This document shows, one piece after another, positions 52,056 to 64,000 of a stretch of 64,000 nucleotides of DNA. Source of the stretch: Phoronis australis (Eukaryota; Animalia; Phoronida); assembly GCA_002633005.1 (NCBI GenBank), contig NMRA01000015.1:380054-444053 (forward strand), in the 5' to 3' direction. Each line of letters starts with the position of its first letter. Position 1 is the stretch's first letter. The position numbers and the translations under genes were made by a program. The notes beneath the pieces were generated by a model, which ran no database searches, was not told the DNA's origin, and saw only the letters and a list, made by a program, of their open reading frames with translations.

Positions 52056-53084
52056 TCGGTCTCGGTCGATACGCGTAATAATATCGAGTGGGATATTACT
52101 TCATGTACGCCAATCGAGGTACGTTTTGTATTTATCTCATACGCTTCGAATTCCTAAGTTTCTTTCATTTTTTCCGCAGATTTTTTAAATACTTCACTCA
52201 GACTGTTCACGTGGCGGATCACATCCTATATGTAGGCTTACGCACTTGCACGTTAGGCTGCAAGTTTTCTCTAGTAAAAGAAACAGTTTTAAATGTGACG
52301 ATTTATTACTTGAAAAGGGATAACAAAGATGAAAACAACTTTTCATTGAACTTGTAACATTTCCTGATAAATAACAACAATATTTGATATTGTAGTTAAC
52401 GAGGAATCGGCGCCTGAGTTGCAGACGATAAAATAATTAGGAAATGAAAACTGAGACAGAACTATCATATAATAAACAGTCCTGTTCCAGATGTTACGAT
52501 TGAGACCTGATAGTATGTTGAGCGTTGTTTACGCTGCTATAATTGTGTTGCTTTAAACTATTTTCCGAAAGTTTGGTGATCGAACCGCGTAACGACGTCA
52601 AGTCGACATTGACCTACCTTTTGAACTTTCCGTGTCAGAGGTCACTGTTGAAGTAGTACGGGGATGAACACGGAAAACTTTATTACATGGCCGTATTTCC
52701 CTCGACAGATTCAACGCGTATGGGATAACAGTGGCGGATCTACAGGGGGGGGGGTTAAGGGGGTTTAAACCCCCCCTTGGGCCAGGACCCAAAAATAAAA
52801 AAAAACGTGTTAAGCAAAACAAAAACGGCACCGCCAACGTGTGTAAACCCCAAATAAACCAACTTGGAAAAAATAGAGGGGGAAGGGTTCAATCTGAAAA
52901 TATAATGTTTTGCATTGTGAATTGCTGTTATGAAAATCAAAACATTTCGTGTCTTTGTGGCTCATCGGCAAAACGCGCGGAGAGATCAATTGTGCGCGCG
53001 CTTCAGCCGACACTTCTGAAGTAGCCAAGCATTCGGGATCCACCGCTGAAAGAGCAGCTCTATAGCTGATTTCTTTAGGCAATT

Positions 53085-53331
53085 CATGCGCGCACCCACG
53101 GGGGGCTCTGGGGGCTCAAATGAGCCCCCCATCTGGCGAAGTGGGCAAAAAGGTCCGCCCCTTTGAGACAAAAAGTCCGAGAAAATGAGACATAAGTCCA
53201 TTAAACATGCGCAATTGCGCAATCCACTTTGCTGTTCCCGTTTTTTTTTAGTCCGCCCCACTTTTTTGTAACCAAAAGGTCCACAAAGTAAAGAATTCGA
53301 GCCCCCCCATTGAAGGCTGGGTGCGCGCATG
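53085..53331 (+). mobile_element. MITE with CATGCGCGCACCCA TIRs
   Basis: TIRs at both ends. Inverted relative at 59356-59593. Confidence 0.8.
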
Positions 53332-54609
53332 TAATAGCAATTAGCTTCTTTACTCTAAGATATGTCTTGATTTGATTAGGGGAAATACTGTAGTGCCGCA
53401 ACCCTGATATTCAGACGAATTGACGTGCAACGTTTTTACTTCATCTGTCATCCCGTGTTATTCTATTACACTCCACACGTTTGTAACTCGAATTTAGCTG
53501 GTGTATAGTAAAGTTGCCTTGCGCAACATCACACAGTGTACATGTACATGTAATATTTTTGAAAAAAATCGTTTTCCGAAGAATTGCTATTGTGGCGGGC
53601 GTCGTGGTCTGGTCGAGAGTCCGTTTGAAGATGCACTTTAACAAGTTGTGTCTATACAAGGAATGAACACGGGGGCACTCATTCGCATTCGCGAACAGTG
53701 TACAGTACCAGAAATTGCGGGGAGGTTGTACTTTCACAACAAAGTCTTGCGGGACTGGTGCGATGTTCAATAGGGCTCCAAAGGAGTCCTAGTTCCGACC
53801 TCAATACCTGCAATAAGCACCACTGCCGTCTTCTATACTGGGAATTTCCGCAGAAAGGCCCACCCGATGAAACGTCCATGCCCATGGGCATTTATTTGAT
53901 GTTAGTAGTCCGGGTTTCAAGCGTTCAGACATTGGGACGTTTATTCCGAAAATTGCAAGAAATGCAAATTGGCCCTGGGATACGTCGTCAAGGTTTGAAG
54001 CAGTCCACGATGAACTGATCAAATTAAGTTACGCATGTAAGTCTTTAGATTGGATTTGGCAACCTCAGGGCGCTTAGTGCCAACTGAGCTGCGGAACGAG
54101 ACGCTGAAATTGTAGAGGCTTACAAGCTCATTGACACAGCAGTTGTCGAAGTGCAAGCGTTGGGAACAAACATCGAAGATGTCTGGATAGAATGGTTCTA
54201 AGACGAGCAAACCATTGGATCCGATATATAGATTCATTGGAAGTCAAGACAACAGAAGGATAGGACTAACGTTCCTGGAGAAACACCCAGGTAATTAGTT
54301 ATAATTCTACATAGTTTGTATATAAAGCCGGTTTTTTATGCTTGTGTACAATGAAAACGAATTCAAACAGAAATTATTTTTGGACATGCCAAATTTTCCC
54401 AGTACAGCAGAGGGTCTACGAGCGCACAGAAACTGATTCTGGTTTGTATTTCCACTTGGCTCTGTCTGTTTCATATCCAAAATCTATTTCACGTAGTGCG
54501 TTGTTAAATTTGTTGTCAATACTTGTTTCTTTCAGTGAGTACTACAGAACGGTGCAAAAACCCTTCCTAGACAACCTCTCGCAGCAGTTGACCAACAAAT
54601 GTGTAAAAT

Positions 54610-55325
54610 CAGTGGCGGATCTAGGATATCACAAGGGGGGGGGGCCCAACATTTTGTCCGGCTGGAAGCATTTGCGCAAACCGAACCACGATTGTAAATG
54701 CGCATAGCACCGAATGGGGGGAGGTCGGGAGGGGGGTTTGCCCCCCTCCCGCCCAGGAAATTTTTCTGTTTTTACCTCTAAAAATCAAGCATTTGCCTTG
54801 ATTCCTGAAGTATTATCCAAGAAAAAAAGGCAAAAAAAAAAACACGGAGGAAAAAAATGCAAGTGTCAAAGACTCGAACTCATGACCTAGAGGGTTGAAC
54901 TCGCGTACGTTACCACTACACCACCACGATTTAACTACATCACTTGTACTAAAAGACTTACTTGTTTATGGGCCACAGCGTTTGCGCGCGTAACCTACTT
55001 CTTTTTGTAATGCTTATTATACGTTTTATATTTTGTGCCATCAATTCTTAACAAATTTGTCGTATTTGAAATAGTCTTCAAATGCCCAAAAGACCAAATC
55101 CATTTTTCGTGTTGGCAATAATGACGGGATTGCTTTGACAAAGAGAGTATTGCGAGTTTCTGAGTGATTCACTAAGGCTTCGATTAAAATTCACATTTTA
55201 CCAGCAGCTTCTGTTTTTTCATCGCCACTCAGGTTCCATTTTCTTTAAAAAATGAAGTAAATTTTCTTCATTGTACAGTGGAGCAGACGACGGAAACGGA
55301 GTCGTAGTGCACAGCGCCGCTGCCG
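54610..55325 (+). mobile_element. Second, 3'-truncated copy of the 50898 MITE
   Basis: High identity to 50898-51635. Confidence 0.85.
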
Positions 55326-58300
55326 GTCGCCTAGGATATCGCGGGAGATTCTATACTTAGCCATAGTTCCGTTATGAACGCGCCGTGTTCCGAATTTGAC
55401 ACTTGAAATTGGANTAAATCCGCCTATAAAAATACACGTATGAGCAACCACTGGGGATTAAAAAGTGTCTAGAGAGTTTTCAATTCAAAATTTTTTGCAT
55501 GGTACACTTTAGGTCTCGCTACAGACCAAGCCAGCTTGATTTCTGTAGAGTATTGTGATGTTTTTTTATCAAAGTGTGCTTTCTAAAACTATTTATCTCA
55601 GCCAGTAGTGTTTGGTCCCGCGGCAGATCGACTATTTTTATAGAGATAATAAGCACAGGTGTACTTTTGGTCTCGTGACGGACCAGGTCAGCCTTTTTGT
55701 GTACTCTCAGTGTACATGTACATGTGGCCTCCCTGCGAACTGGTCCTGTATTTCTTTTCACCAAGGTCTACAGAACGTTTTGGTTTCGTGAAACTGTTTT
55801 CAGATGATTTGCTTCCTGATACATTTGATGTTTTTCAATTGTTGTCAATGTGATTCAGTTTAAAAAAGTGATACTTAATTGTTTATTGTCGCTTTTAATA
55901 ATAGACTTTGAGCTGAGAGCACCATCTTTCGCAGGTTTTTCTCGTAACGAGACAGAACACATGTTTATTTCCGGACTCCGGCCTTCGTTCTTAAACAACT
56001 TGAGGCTGCTGTTACGCGATCATCTGATATTCAAGTTTTTATGCCCCGTAGGTGCTCCTTATGCTCTTGAATATTTGGTAGTTGCCTAAACCCCTGTATA
56101 CACACCACACTTTTTCGTATACGACTTTTCGTATGCTAAAATAGCAGATGTTCCAACAAAAATTTTTGCTGGTGGCGTGACTCATACCCAAATGTGCACA
56201 AATATGGTTTCACGAAAGTTATGAGCCAAGTTCATGTGACGAAATCGAGAAGGGTTTTAAATTATTTAAAAAAAACTCCAGAGACATGTTAAGTGCCAGA
56301 AACTTACCAGGATGCATGGAAAGGACACTGTTTGGCTACAAAAACAAAAAAATGTTTTACACGGGCGGAGGGAAACCCCCTCTCGACCTCCCGCCGCTCG
56401 GCGCCACGCGCCTCGGATTCGACCTTTGCGGGAATCCTAAACCCCCCCCTTACTGAAAACGATCCGTCACTGGATAAATCATTATTTTCGATCCTGGTAT
56501 AAAAATGTAAAGCCGCAGATCCTTGTATTCTGTGGCAATAATGGCAGAAACAATTCATCGGTGTCGCCGAAAAAATTCTGAAACATTTACCAATCAAATG
56601 CAATGAAAATGACCTCAACTTGAACTCCGCTAAGCGAGTGCGTTTATTCCATCGCGTGTGGATGACTACTAAGCAGCACCCCTTGTGAGTCTAGTTAGTG
56701 ACGTTAGACAATGAAAAAGAAAAGATCTCCACTGGATCTGTGTGGGTCTACGAAGAGAATTTAAGGTTATCTCAAACCTTATTCCGAAAGAAAGTTGTAC
56801 AAATTTAAGACAGGCCAGTAATAAAGTGACTAGATGTTCCGTCTGGGCGTCATAAATTGGATGTGATCCAACGAACACCTAAGTTGCCAAGGTTTTATCA
56901 TACATAATGTTTTACATTGTAACGGTAAGTTCTCCATTTAAAAATAATAACATACTGGAACCTATTTGGTCGTCGAGATAACCAACATTTCAGTTTTTGC
57001 GTCCTGTAGCTTGGCATTACTCTGTCATATGGCCGTAGAAAGAAGGGGGGCCGCCTGGGGCACGCCCCCATCCAAAAAAACTTTCAGGCGTCAGAGTTAA
57101 ACCGTGGCAACCGACATAGTACGCGTGGGGCGGGGACAGTCAAGAAAAGAAAGACTGCCAAATGTGGATAAGAGAGAAAACTCAAGAGAACATTTTTAAA
57201 TGTTATTAAAATAACTCTGTATCAGTGCATAGTTTACCTTTTGAGGACCCTGGCCTGGACATTATTGTTGGGGTCTCCGCTTCGCAGCACAGGTCGTCTA
57301 AATGCAGTTGGAAACGTACACGTAATGATTCATGCATATATTTCGAAAAATCGACAAAATTTGTAAAGCGAAGCTTTTGCAGAGCGTATTAATTTACTGC
57401 AAAACCATATTTTTCCAGAGGCCCCTCTCTGGCAAGGGATAAAGGAGACAACTGTCGCTTTTTTCTCGAATTGTATATCACTTGAGAAAAAATGATTACC
57501 CGACAGATATCAATTGCTGCATGTTTCTTGATTTTTGAAAATATAGATATTTTCACATAGAGGGGCCCCACTTCTGAAGGAGGCCATTGATGACATACAA
57601 GTGGCCACAGTTTTTATGTTTCTATTGACAAATTCTTAAGGGTACGCTTGCGGAGAGAAGATCCAACGTTGAACTTGATTACGTCTATTTTCCTATCTTT
57701 TGTGAAATCGTGCAACCACCTTTCATGTTGAATAAGGTCACTCCATGCCCTGTCGTCTGACCACACGACGGTGGAATGAACTGTCCCTCTTTTCCAAGCT
57801 TAATGATATTTAGCTTTTCATAATTAAGGTGTCCCATTTCAGACAGGACCCTCTCTCGGTGGAGCGGTTCGGAAAAATGTCCCTTTGTCCCTCTATACAT
57901 GTAAATCCGACACTGCCAAGTATTCACGAGGAAAGTTGTGACTTGAAATTCATCAAAAAACACAAAACATTCATGCACAGCACAGCAGTATCAAGACATT
58001 TGACCCAAACAACAAAAAATTGTGAAAAATACAATATGATCGACCCCCATCGAAAGGGAGTCAGGAATTTTAAACAACGCGAAGACAGCTGTTAATTACA
58101 CAAAATGACCATTTTCGATGGTTAGTTTTAAAATAATGTTACTGTTTCCATATTATCACAAGAATACTATCTCTTTTGAAGATGGTTACTATGAATTGTC
58201 TGAAAGGAATTCCCACATGTGGAAATCACTGCTGTCGAGGCTATCATTGGGGTGATCGTGGACATGTCGAACGAGTGTACCCAAATACTCGCAATAAACA

Positions 58301-58479
58301 AATTAAACAAATATTTCAGCGTTTTTTGTTTTGTTTTGAGGTCAAGTTAAAATCGTGAACCGTTATAGGTACCTCGGAAAGAGCAAAAATACATCTTACT
58401 ATGAATGCCCAATCTCCCATTTCCCCAGGTAACCGTCAAAAATCTGCGAGCATGCCTGCGGAAATTGCTTACAACATGC

Positions 58480-59140
58480 CGTTTTGATCAACAAATCCGT
58501 TGGTTTCTGATTTACATTTTTATGTATATACGAAAACCGACAGGTTAATAGATGATTTTGGCAATTAGAAGCTAATCTTTTAAGAAACGATGACGATTCA
58601 GGGAATTTAGTTGAAGCCTGAATATGGAAAAAATTATAATCCGATCCCCAAATAGTAAAGTGCACTTGGACGCTTTTAGCCTATCTAAAATAACTCTCAA
58701 AAGCATTGATGAAATTAAGACACTTCCCAAAAAAATTACTCACAATTCAAATGGCAATAAATGCATTGAATTTTGACATCGGTACAAGTCACTAACAGGG
58801 TCTCAAAAAGGAATTAAGTCATTAAATCAAGGTAAACGCATTGCTCATGGATTTGATTGTTGCTTTCTGATTTACATGTTTATGTATCTACGAAAGAAGA
58901 TTGATTGAGAGATGATGTTTTTGACAATTAGAAGCTAATGTTGTAAGAAATGACAATACTTCAATGAACTTAATTGCAGGCCGACATTGGGAAAATTCGA
59001 TCTTTCATCAGATCCCAAAATATAAAAGTACACTAAAGATTTTTGTCTATCTGAAATAAGTCTTAAGGAAATTGATGCATTTCGGACAGCTCAACAATGT
59101 GTCCCAAAATGTTCTCACAATTCAAATGACAATAAATAGT
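58480..59140 (+). repeat. Old diverged ~360-bp tandem duplication
   Basis: TTTCTGATTTACAT.TTTATGTAT.TACGAAA at ~58503 and ~58864. CACAATTCAAATG.CAATAAAT at ~58741 and ~59116. Confidence 0.75.
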
Positions 59141-59355
59141 TTATTGGCTTAGGAACTAGATTACTGGGTTTAAGTTGACAAACCGTAGATCGAAAACGAA
59201 GTTTAAGTACTTAAATAAATAAATAAAATCAAAACTTATTGGTCATCAACTTGGAAAGGTTGTCTTTGAACTTCCTTGATGTTTTTGCTTCCAGTAGTAT
59301 TACCCAATGAATTTTTGTTCCTCAAAACTGAATCATTTGCATACTACACATACGG

Positions 59356-59593
59356 CATGCGCGCACCAAGCCTAAAATATAGGGGGGCTCGAATTTTTGA
59401 GGATGTGGACCTTTTATTAAAGAAAAAACGAATACGAGGTTCGTTCAGAGCTATGAATTGTGCATACGCCAAATCCTGCCTTTTTAGTAGACTTTGGTCT
59501 CGTTTTACTCGGACTTTTGGTTTCTCTGAGGCGGACTTTTCTTGCCCACTTTGCCATCGAGCCCCCTAGCCCCCCCCCCTAGGTGCGCGCATG
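59356..59593 (-). mobile_element. MITE with CATGCGCGCACC TIRs
   Basis: TIRs present. Homologous to 53085-53331 in reverse. Confidence 0.8.
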
Positions 59594-61267
59594 CAGGGAG
59601 CACGTCATGACAGGCACACCCACGTTAAAAACAAAGTGTAACCATGCAGTAGGCATGCTTAGAATCTCAGTTACCCACGGGAACTGAATTTGAATTTCAG
59701 GATACATTTTGGGACACACTCTGTATCATTTTCTTTAGCAACCAGAAACTGGACTACTGTGTTTCATCAAATGATTCTGAAACGGCCACAAAGGCACTCA
59801 TACTGGGCACCTCGGGTCCTCACTTTTCCAAATATTACTTCAAAGAATGGACATAATAAAATGAAGTTTTCCCGAAACTGGATCATAGTAAAAAGGAACC
59901 TTGACCTTCGACCCAGCTATAGTAACTTCAGGCAGCTCCCAGCTACCCGTCAGTACATTTGGGGCCTAGACACATTCTTACTCTCCGTGAATCTTTGTTG
60001 GTTCACGGTTACTCAAATCCTCATGGCTGCATCCCCGGTTTTACCCCCACCTATGGCGGACGTGGGGGTGGGGTCCGGTACAAATATGATGACATCCAGA
60101 GAACGGAGGGGATGACGATAGCACGGTTGGCAAAATCAAATTGGTTTGTGCGCCCCCCCCCCCGAATATTTTTTTCCTTCCTACGGGCCTGTTTCCAGAG
60201 GTCCTTGCTCTTGCACCTCATACACGATTGTTAAAAAAGTGTAGAATTGCAAGTTCTTGAGAAAGTAAAGATATTTACCTTAGTACATGGCCCGGGTGAG
60301 GATTGAGGACCCACAGTTTTTATAACTCGGGACCTCGAACTACCTTAATCCGGTAGTGCCGATGTGTACATGCTCCAGTTTCGAATTTGCAATTTTGAGA
60401 TTAACCAACTTTCATTGAGCTCTGAAGCCTTTTCTCGAATCCCTAATGATGTCGATATTCTAATCGGTAACGGAAATCAAGTCCTATCACGGAAAGGAGC
60501 ATCTTGAGAGCAATTTTATAATGAGCTTAAGTGGCTTACTTCATAACAGAAATGCAGTTTTATTGTTTAAAATTGCCACTTCATCAATAACGTTAGTGTG
60601 GTAAATAAGAACAAAGGCTAAAACATTAAAATGAAAAATAGTCAATGGTCAATGCATGTTGGTCATCTGAAAGTGTTGTAACATGCCTCTATGTTTTCGG
60701 TCATTTGCAATGGGGGCTTGCTTATTTATTTTTTTAAGTTTGTGCGTTCGGATGGCCAATTTCCCGTGGATATGCTATGGACTAGAATTGTTAGAGACTA
60801 ATTTCAAGTGTAGTACTGAAAGGTACATGTGAAAGGAAGTTTTAAAAATTGCAGTTTTCAATTAATAAGCAGACCCTGAAATCTCTTAAACGTTATATCC
60901 TCAGCGTACCTGGTGGCATCGGCCGCAAAATAAGACACACAGATTTGTATTTTCGGTGAATTTCCTAATCCTTGTGTAAAGAGGTACAACGAAGCGTTCT
61001 TACCGTAATCTTTTTAAGGCGTCAAAATAACGAATGCACTACAGAAACACAGCCACGGCTGAGTGCTGTTCGTGCTACGATAGCGAGGTTTTCTCTTCCT
61101 TTGACGGGAAGAGGGTGCACCGCATAAGTATATGTGATGTCTACGGTCCAGCGGCTGTACGTATTTGGTACTAACCGATGGATATGAAAACTATAACAGA
61201 ACCCACATTGGCAGAGTACTATGAAATGCATGGACTGTTCGACGTTTCAAACAATAATACTAACCTG

Positions 61268-61417
61268 GGCCCGGTTGCATAAAAGTTATACGCCGTATAG
61301 CAACAATGACGTCGTATTATCACGCGCCACGTCGTTATTGTTGAATAATGCACTTGACGTCATGCAACAATTTAACTTATTCAGCGGATAACTTTTGAAG
61401 CTTTATGCAACTCAACC
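61268..61417. mobile_element. PIF/Harbinger-type MITE
   Basis: CTG flanks. TIRs GGCCCGGTTGCATAAA / TTTATGCAACTCAACC. Confidence 0.65.
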
Positions 61418-63274
61418 CTGAAGTGCACTTCAATACATAACTGTATGCGGAACGTGAGTCGCCTACTCAGATCGCCACGAACAGGAGCACTTGACGGATC
61501 TGGTAGTTTATGAATACCTTATGGATATCTCACAACTAGTAAATTTTGATGTGATGAACTTTAATTAAATAAATAAACATTTTGCTGGGTTTATAGCTTC
61601 CATCTTTCAAAAGAATTATCGGTGTTATAGGGGAAAATCTCCTTTACGAAAGTTTGGTTTTCATGAAAGTTCCCTACGAAAGAATACAAGTCCCATATGA
61701 TCGCACTATCTCTCCATGACATCATTTTTATGGTGCCGACTCTCTAAAAGGGTTACTATCCTAATTTTGTAACCATAAAAATTACTTCCCAATTAGCTAA
61801 CAGTATTATATCTACTGAAACGCGTTAGCCAGATATGAAGATCGTTAAAGAGTTTTTAACAAGTGGGCAGCGTCAAAAGTTTCAACATTTCTGCAGTGCT
61901 GAGGGAGGTGGGTGAACTGTCAAATTTGCGCTGTCACAATGAAATTGCGCCCTTGTCAAAAAACACTCTCAAATCTGAACGCTACGTAACTGGTAGAAAA
62001 AAATAGCCAACTGCTGTCACCTTTATTTCGCAAATGTGCGCTGTCATATTTATTAGATATCAAATAACTTGACATCAAATATGCATTTCGCCCCGTTTAG
62101 CTGGCTGAAAAACGAAAATCGAATGTAGCCTTTTACGCTCATAAAATCGGTCGTACAATATCCCTTACGATAGGATTCCATTTCCGTTACCAAATAATGT
62201 GGCAATTTGGAGTCGCGAACAATTTGGAGTCCCTGGTAATTAAACATTTGAGGCAGGTGAGTTTTGAGGTAAGCATTACATGCAGATTCAGTGAATCTGG
62301 TTTGTTGTGTTTGCGAACATGTTGGGAATGAGAAAAGTCCACTAATTCGGCTTTAGTTACACTTTTCTTTAAAACGGCGTGCCTTAAAGCATTGAAGCAT
62401 TGCCAGGTAGCGACTAAGGAGTTTGCTGTGATTTTTGACAGTCCTCAAACAAACCAAATTTCAAAAAGATCTATCCGAATGGCAGCACTTTTGAACCGCA
62501 TTTTTGAAATCTGCCTAAAATTTGACTTCGGACTCTAGTGTTGACTTATTACTAGCATTGGCAGGGAAGTGGAAATTTTGGACTGAAAACTGCCAATGTT
62601 GCGTTTTTGCCCCTTTTTTCGGAGCCTCGCTTCCTTTCTCTCTGGACATAAATGGGTCGAAAATATGAGACATGGTAAAGTTTCTGCGATCATGCGTAGC
62701 GCTTTTGATACGAGACCACTCACAGTCTCATATTGTATTCATGGAGTTTTCGACACAGTGGAGAAAAGGCATCAAGTCCAATGACGTCCCACAGAGAACT
62801 GTACTGTGCTTCGTAACGTTGACGAGTACAGGTGCCGTTATCGAATTCGCAATTCTAGGGCTGGTAAACTCCAATAAACACTTAAGCGTTTACTCGAGTC
62901 ACTGATGGTTCCTTTGTTCTCGTTGGTACGGAAAAAGAATGCTATCAAGGTAAGGAACATTATGAGACCAATTTTATGGAGGGGGTACTAACTGGATGTT
63001 CGTTTTTCTAGTCAGCTAGCCTAACTCAAAAGCGCGTTAAGAGATATTGTAGTATTCTCTCTGAATACAGTTCTCACTCATGACCTATGTACAATCAACT
63101 GTTACTAGACAAACCCTCGTTTGCCCTATCAAAGAAACAATTTTTACTTCGACAATTTACTGGTCACAACTAGTTTTTTACTCTGACGAGAAGTGATTTC
63201 TGAGCTTGTAAAAAGCATACAGTTCATTATTGCTGGGGACTTTGCTCGGGGCTAAATAGGCTAACCCGTCTTAA

Positions 63275-64000
63275 AGGCGAAGGCAACCTTTTTTCATGTC
63301 ATTTTTAGCAAAAATAAGGTTCGTTGATTATCCCAGACATATTTTTTCACTTAATTACTGCTTGTCGTAATTTAATTAATTACTCGTCGTCTACTCCGGA
63401 AGTGACGTTTTGGGAGGCAAGAATTTCTTTTCATATAGTCTGACTGTGAGAGCAGTCGAGTCAATCATTGTTCTACCTCGGTTGTGATAAGTTCGGTCGT
63501 CGCTTGCTTTTGCTTAAGAGTCAGTCAACATGCCACGCTGTTGCTGCGTACTGGGGTGTACTCATTATTGTCTCACGTACAGAGGAAGAACTGTCCCACA
63601 TGCCCGAGTGTCCCGCGACACATTCCCACTGGAGGGTGATCTGAGCACCCAAACTGCTTACATCCCGCCGTGTGACTCCCGCGCCACACATGTGGCACCT
63701 TCCAAATAGCTCCAATACACGTCCACAATAAACTTATCAAACTTAGGCTCACCGATCTGTTCATTGGATGACGAACTGTCCTCTTCACTGGGTGTCGTAC
63801 TGGGCTTGTATTCACTCCCACTACTCGACATCGCTGCAGGGCTGCTTACAGGCTCTGGGCTAGAGACAACAGCACAGGGCGAATCAATGCTAGTTCCCGG
63901 AATTGCACGCAATGGGGGTACGTTCAGAGGCACGGGTAACAGTAGATGAAGTGCCTCCAGTCACTGTATATAGTGGCCACAGCTCGCGAGGCTTCTCGCT
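63275..64000. mobile_element. Kolobok element end, running out of the window
   Basis: TTAA-AGGCGAAGGCAACC start, followed by a transposase remnant. Confidence 0.65.
63570..63933 (-). pseudogene. Frameshifted Kolobok transposase N-terminal region
   Basis: Acidic/Ser-rich stretch, then KFIVDV / ELFGRCHMCG...GAQITLQWECVAGHSGMWDSS. This matches the Kolobok KFIV..L..LF..C..C...W.C..GH...W.S zinc-ribbon pattern. Confidence 0.7.

Larger units (their letters stand above)
52729..56472. mobile_element. 3.7-kb hAT-like non-autonomous element with a 5-bp TSD, carrying nested MITEs
   Basis: TIRs CAGTGGCGGATC / GATCCGTCACTG. GATAA on both flanks. Confidence 0.7.

Overview
AT-rich eukaryotic (invertebrate-like) genomic DNA with two assembly gaps and no prokaryotic gene structure. 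Most of the six-frame ORFs are spurious. Most of the window looks like intron sequence of a minus-strand gene. Its probable promoter and first exon lie near 49.9-50.8 kb, and candidate exons lie at 36728-36871, 36276-36348, 34144-34218, 20621-20669 and 3833-4056. Spliced together, these exons give two overlapping ORFs. An unidentified ORF1 (...GEHSARQYLYHSSFYDGDVELAPFPADHG*) stops within ATGGCTGA, overlapping the Kozak-context ATG of ORF2 (MAEPRQSPF...), which runs into a probable C2H2 zinc finger; this is a candidate bicistronic mRNA. The introns and flanks are packed with nested, mostly decayed transposons. These include Kolobok elements (TTAA TSD, THAP remnants), an ISL2EU-type element (AT TSD, YqaJ and THAP remnants), a Sola2 remnant and hAT-like elements with 5-bp TSDs. 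Also present are Tc1/mariner-type and Harbinger-type MITEs, Helentron/DINE-like elements, tRNA-derived SINEs, an LTR-like insert, and a Penelope-like element with inverted pLTRs and hammerhead motifs. There are four minisatellites. All calls come from reading the sequence by eye; no searches were run.
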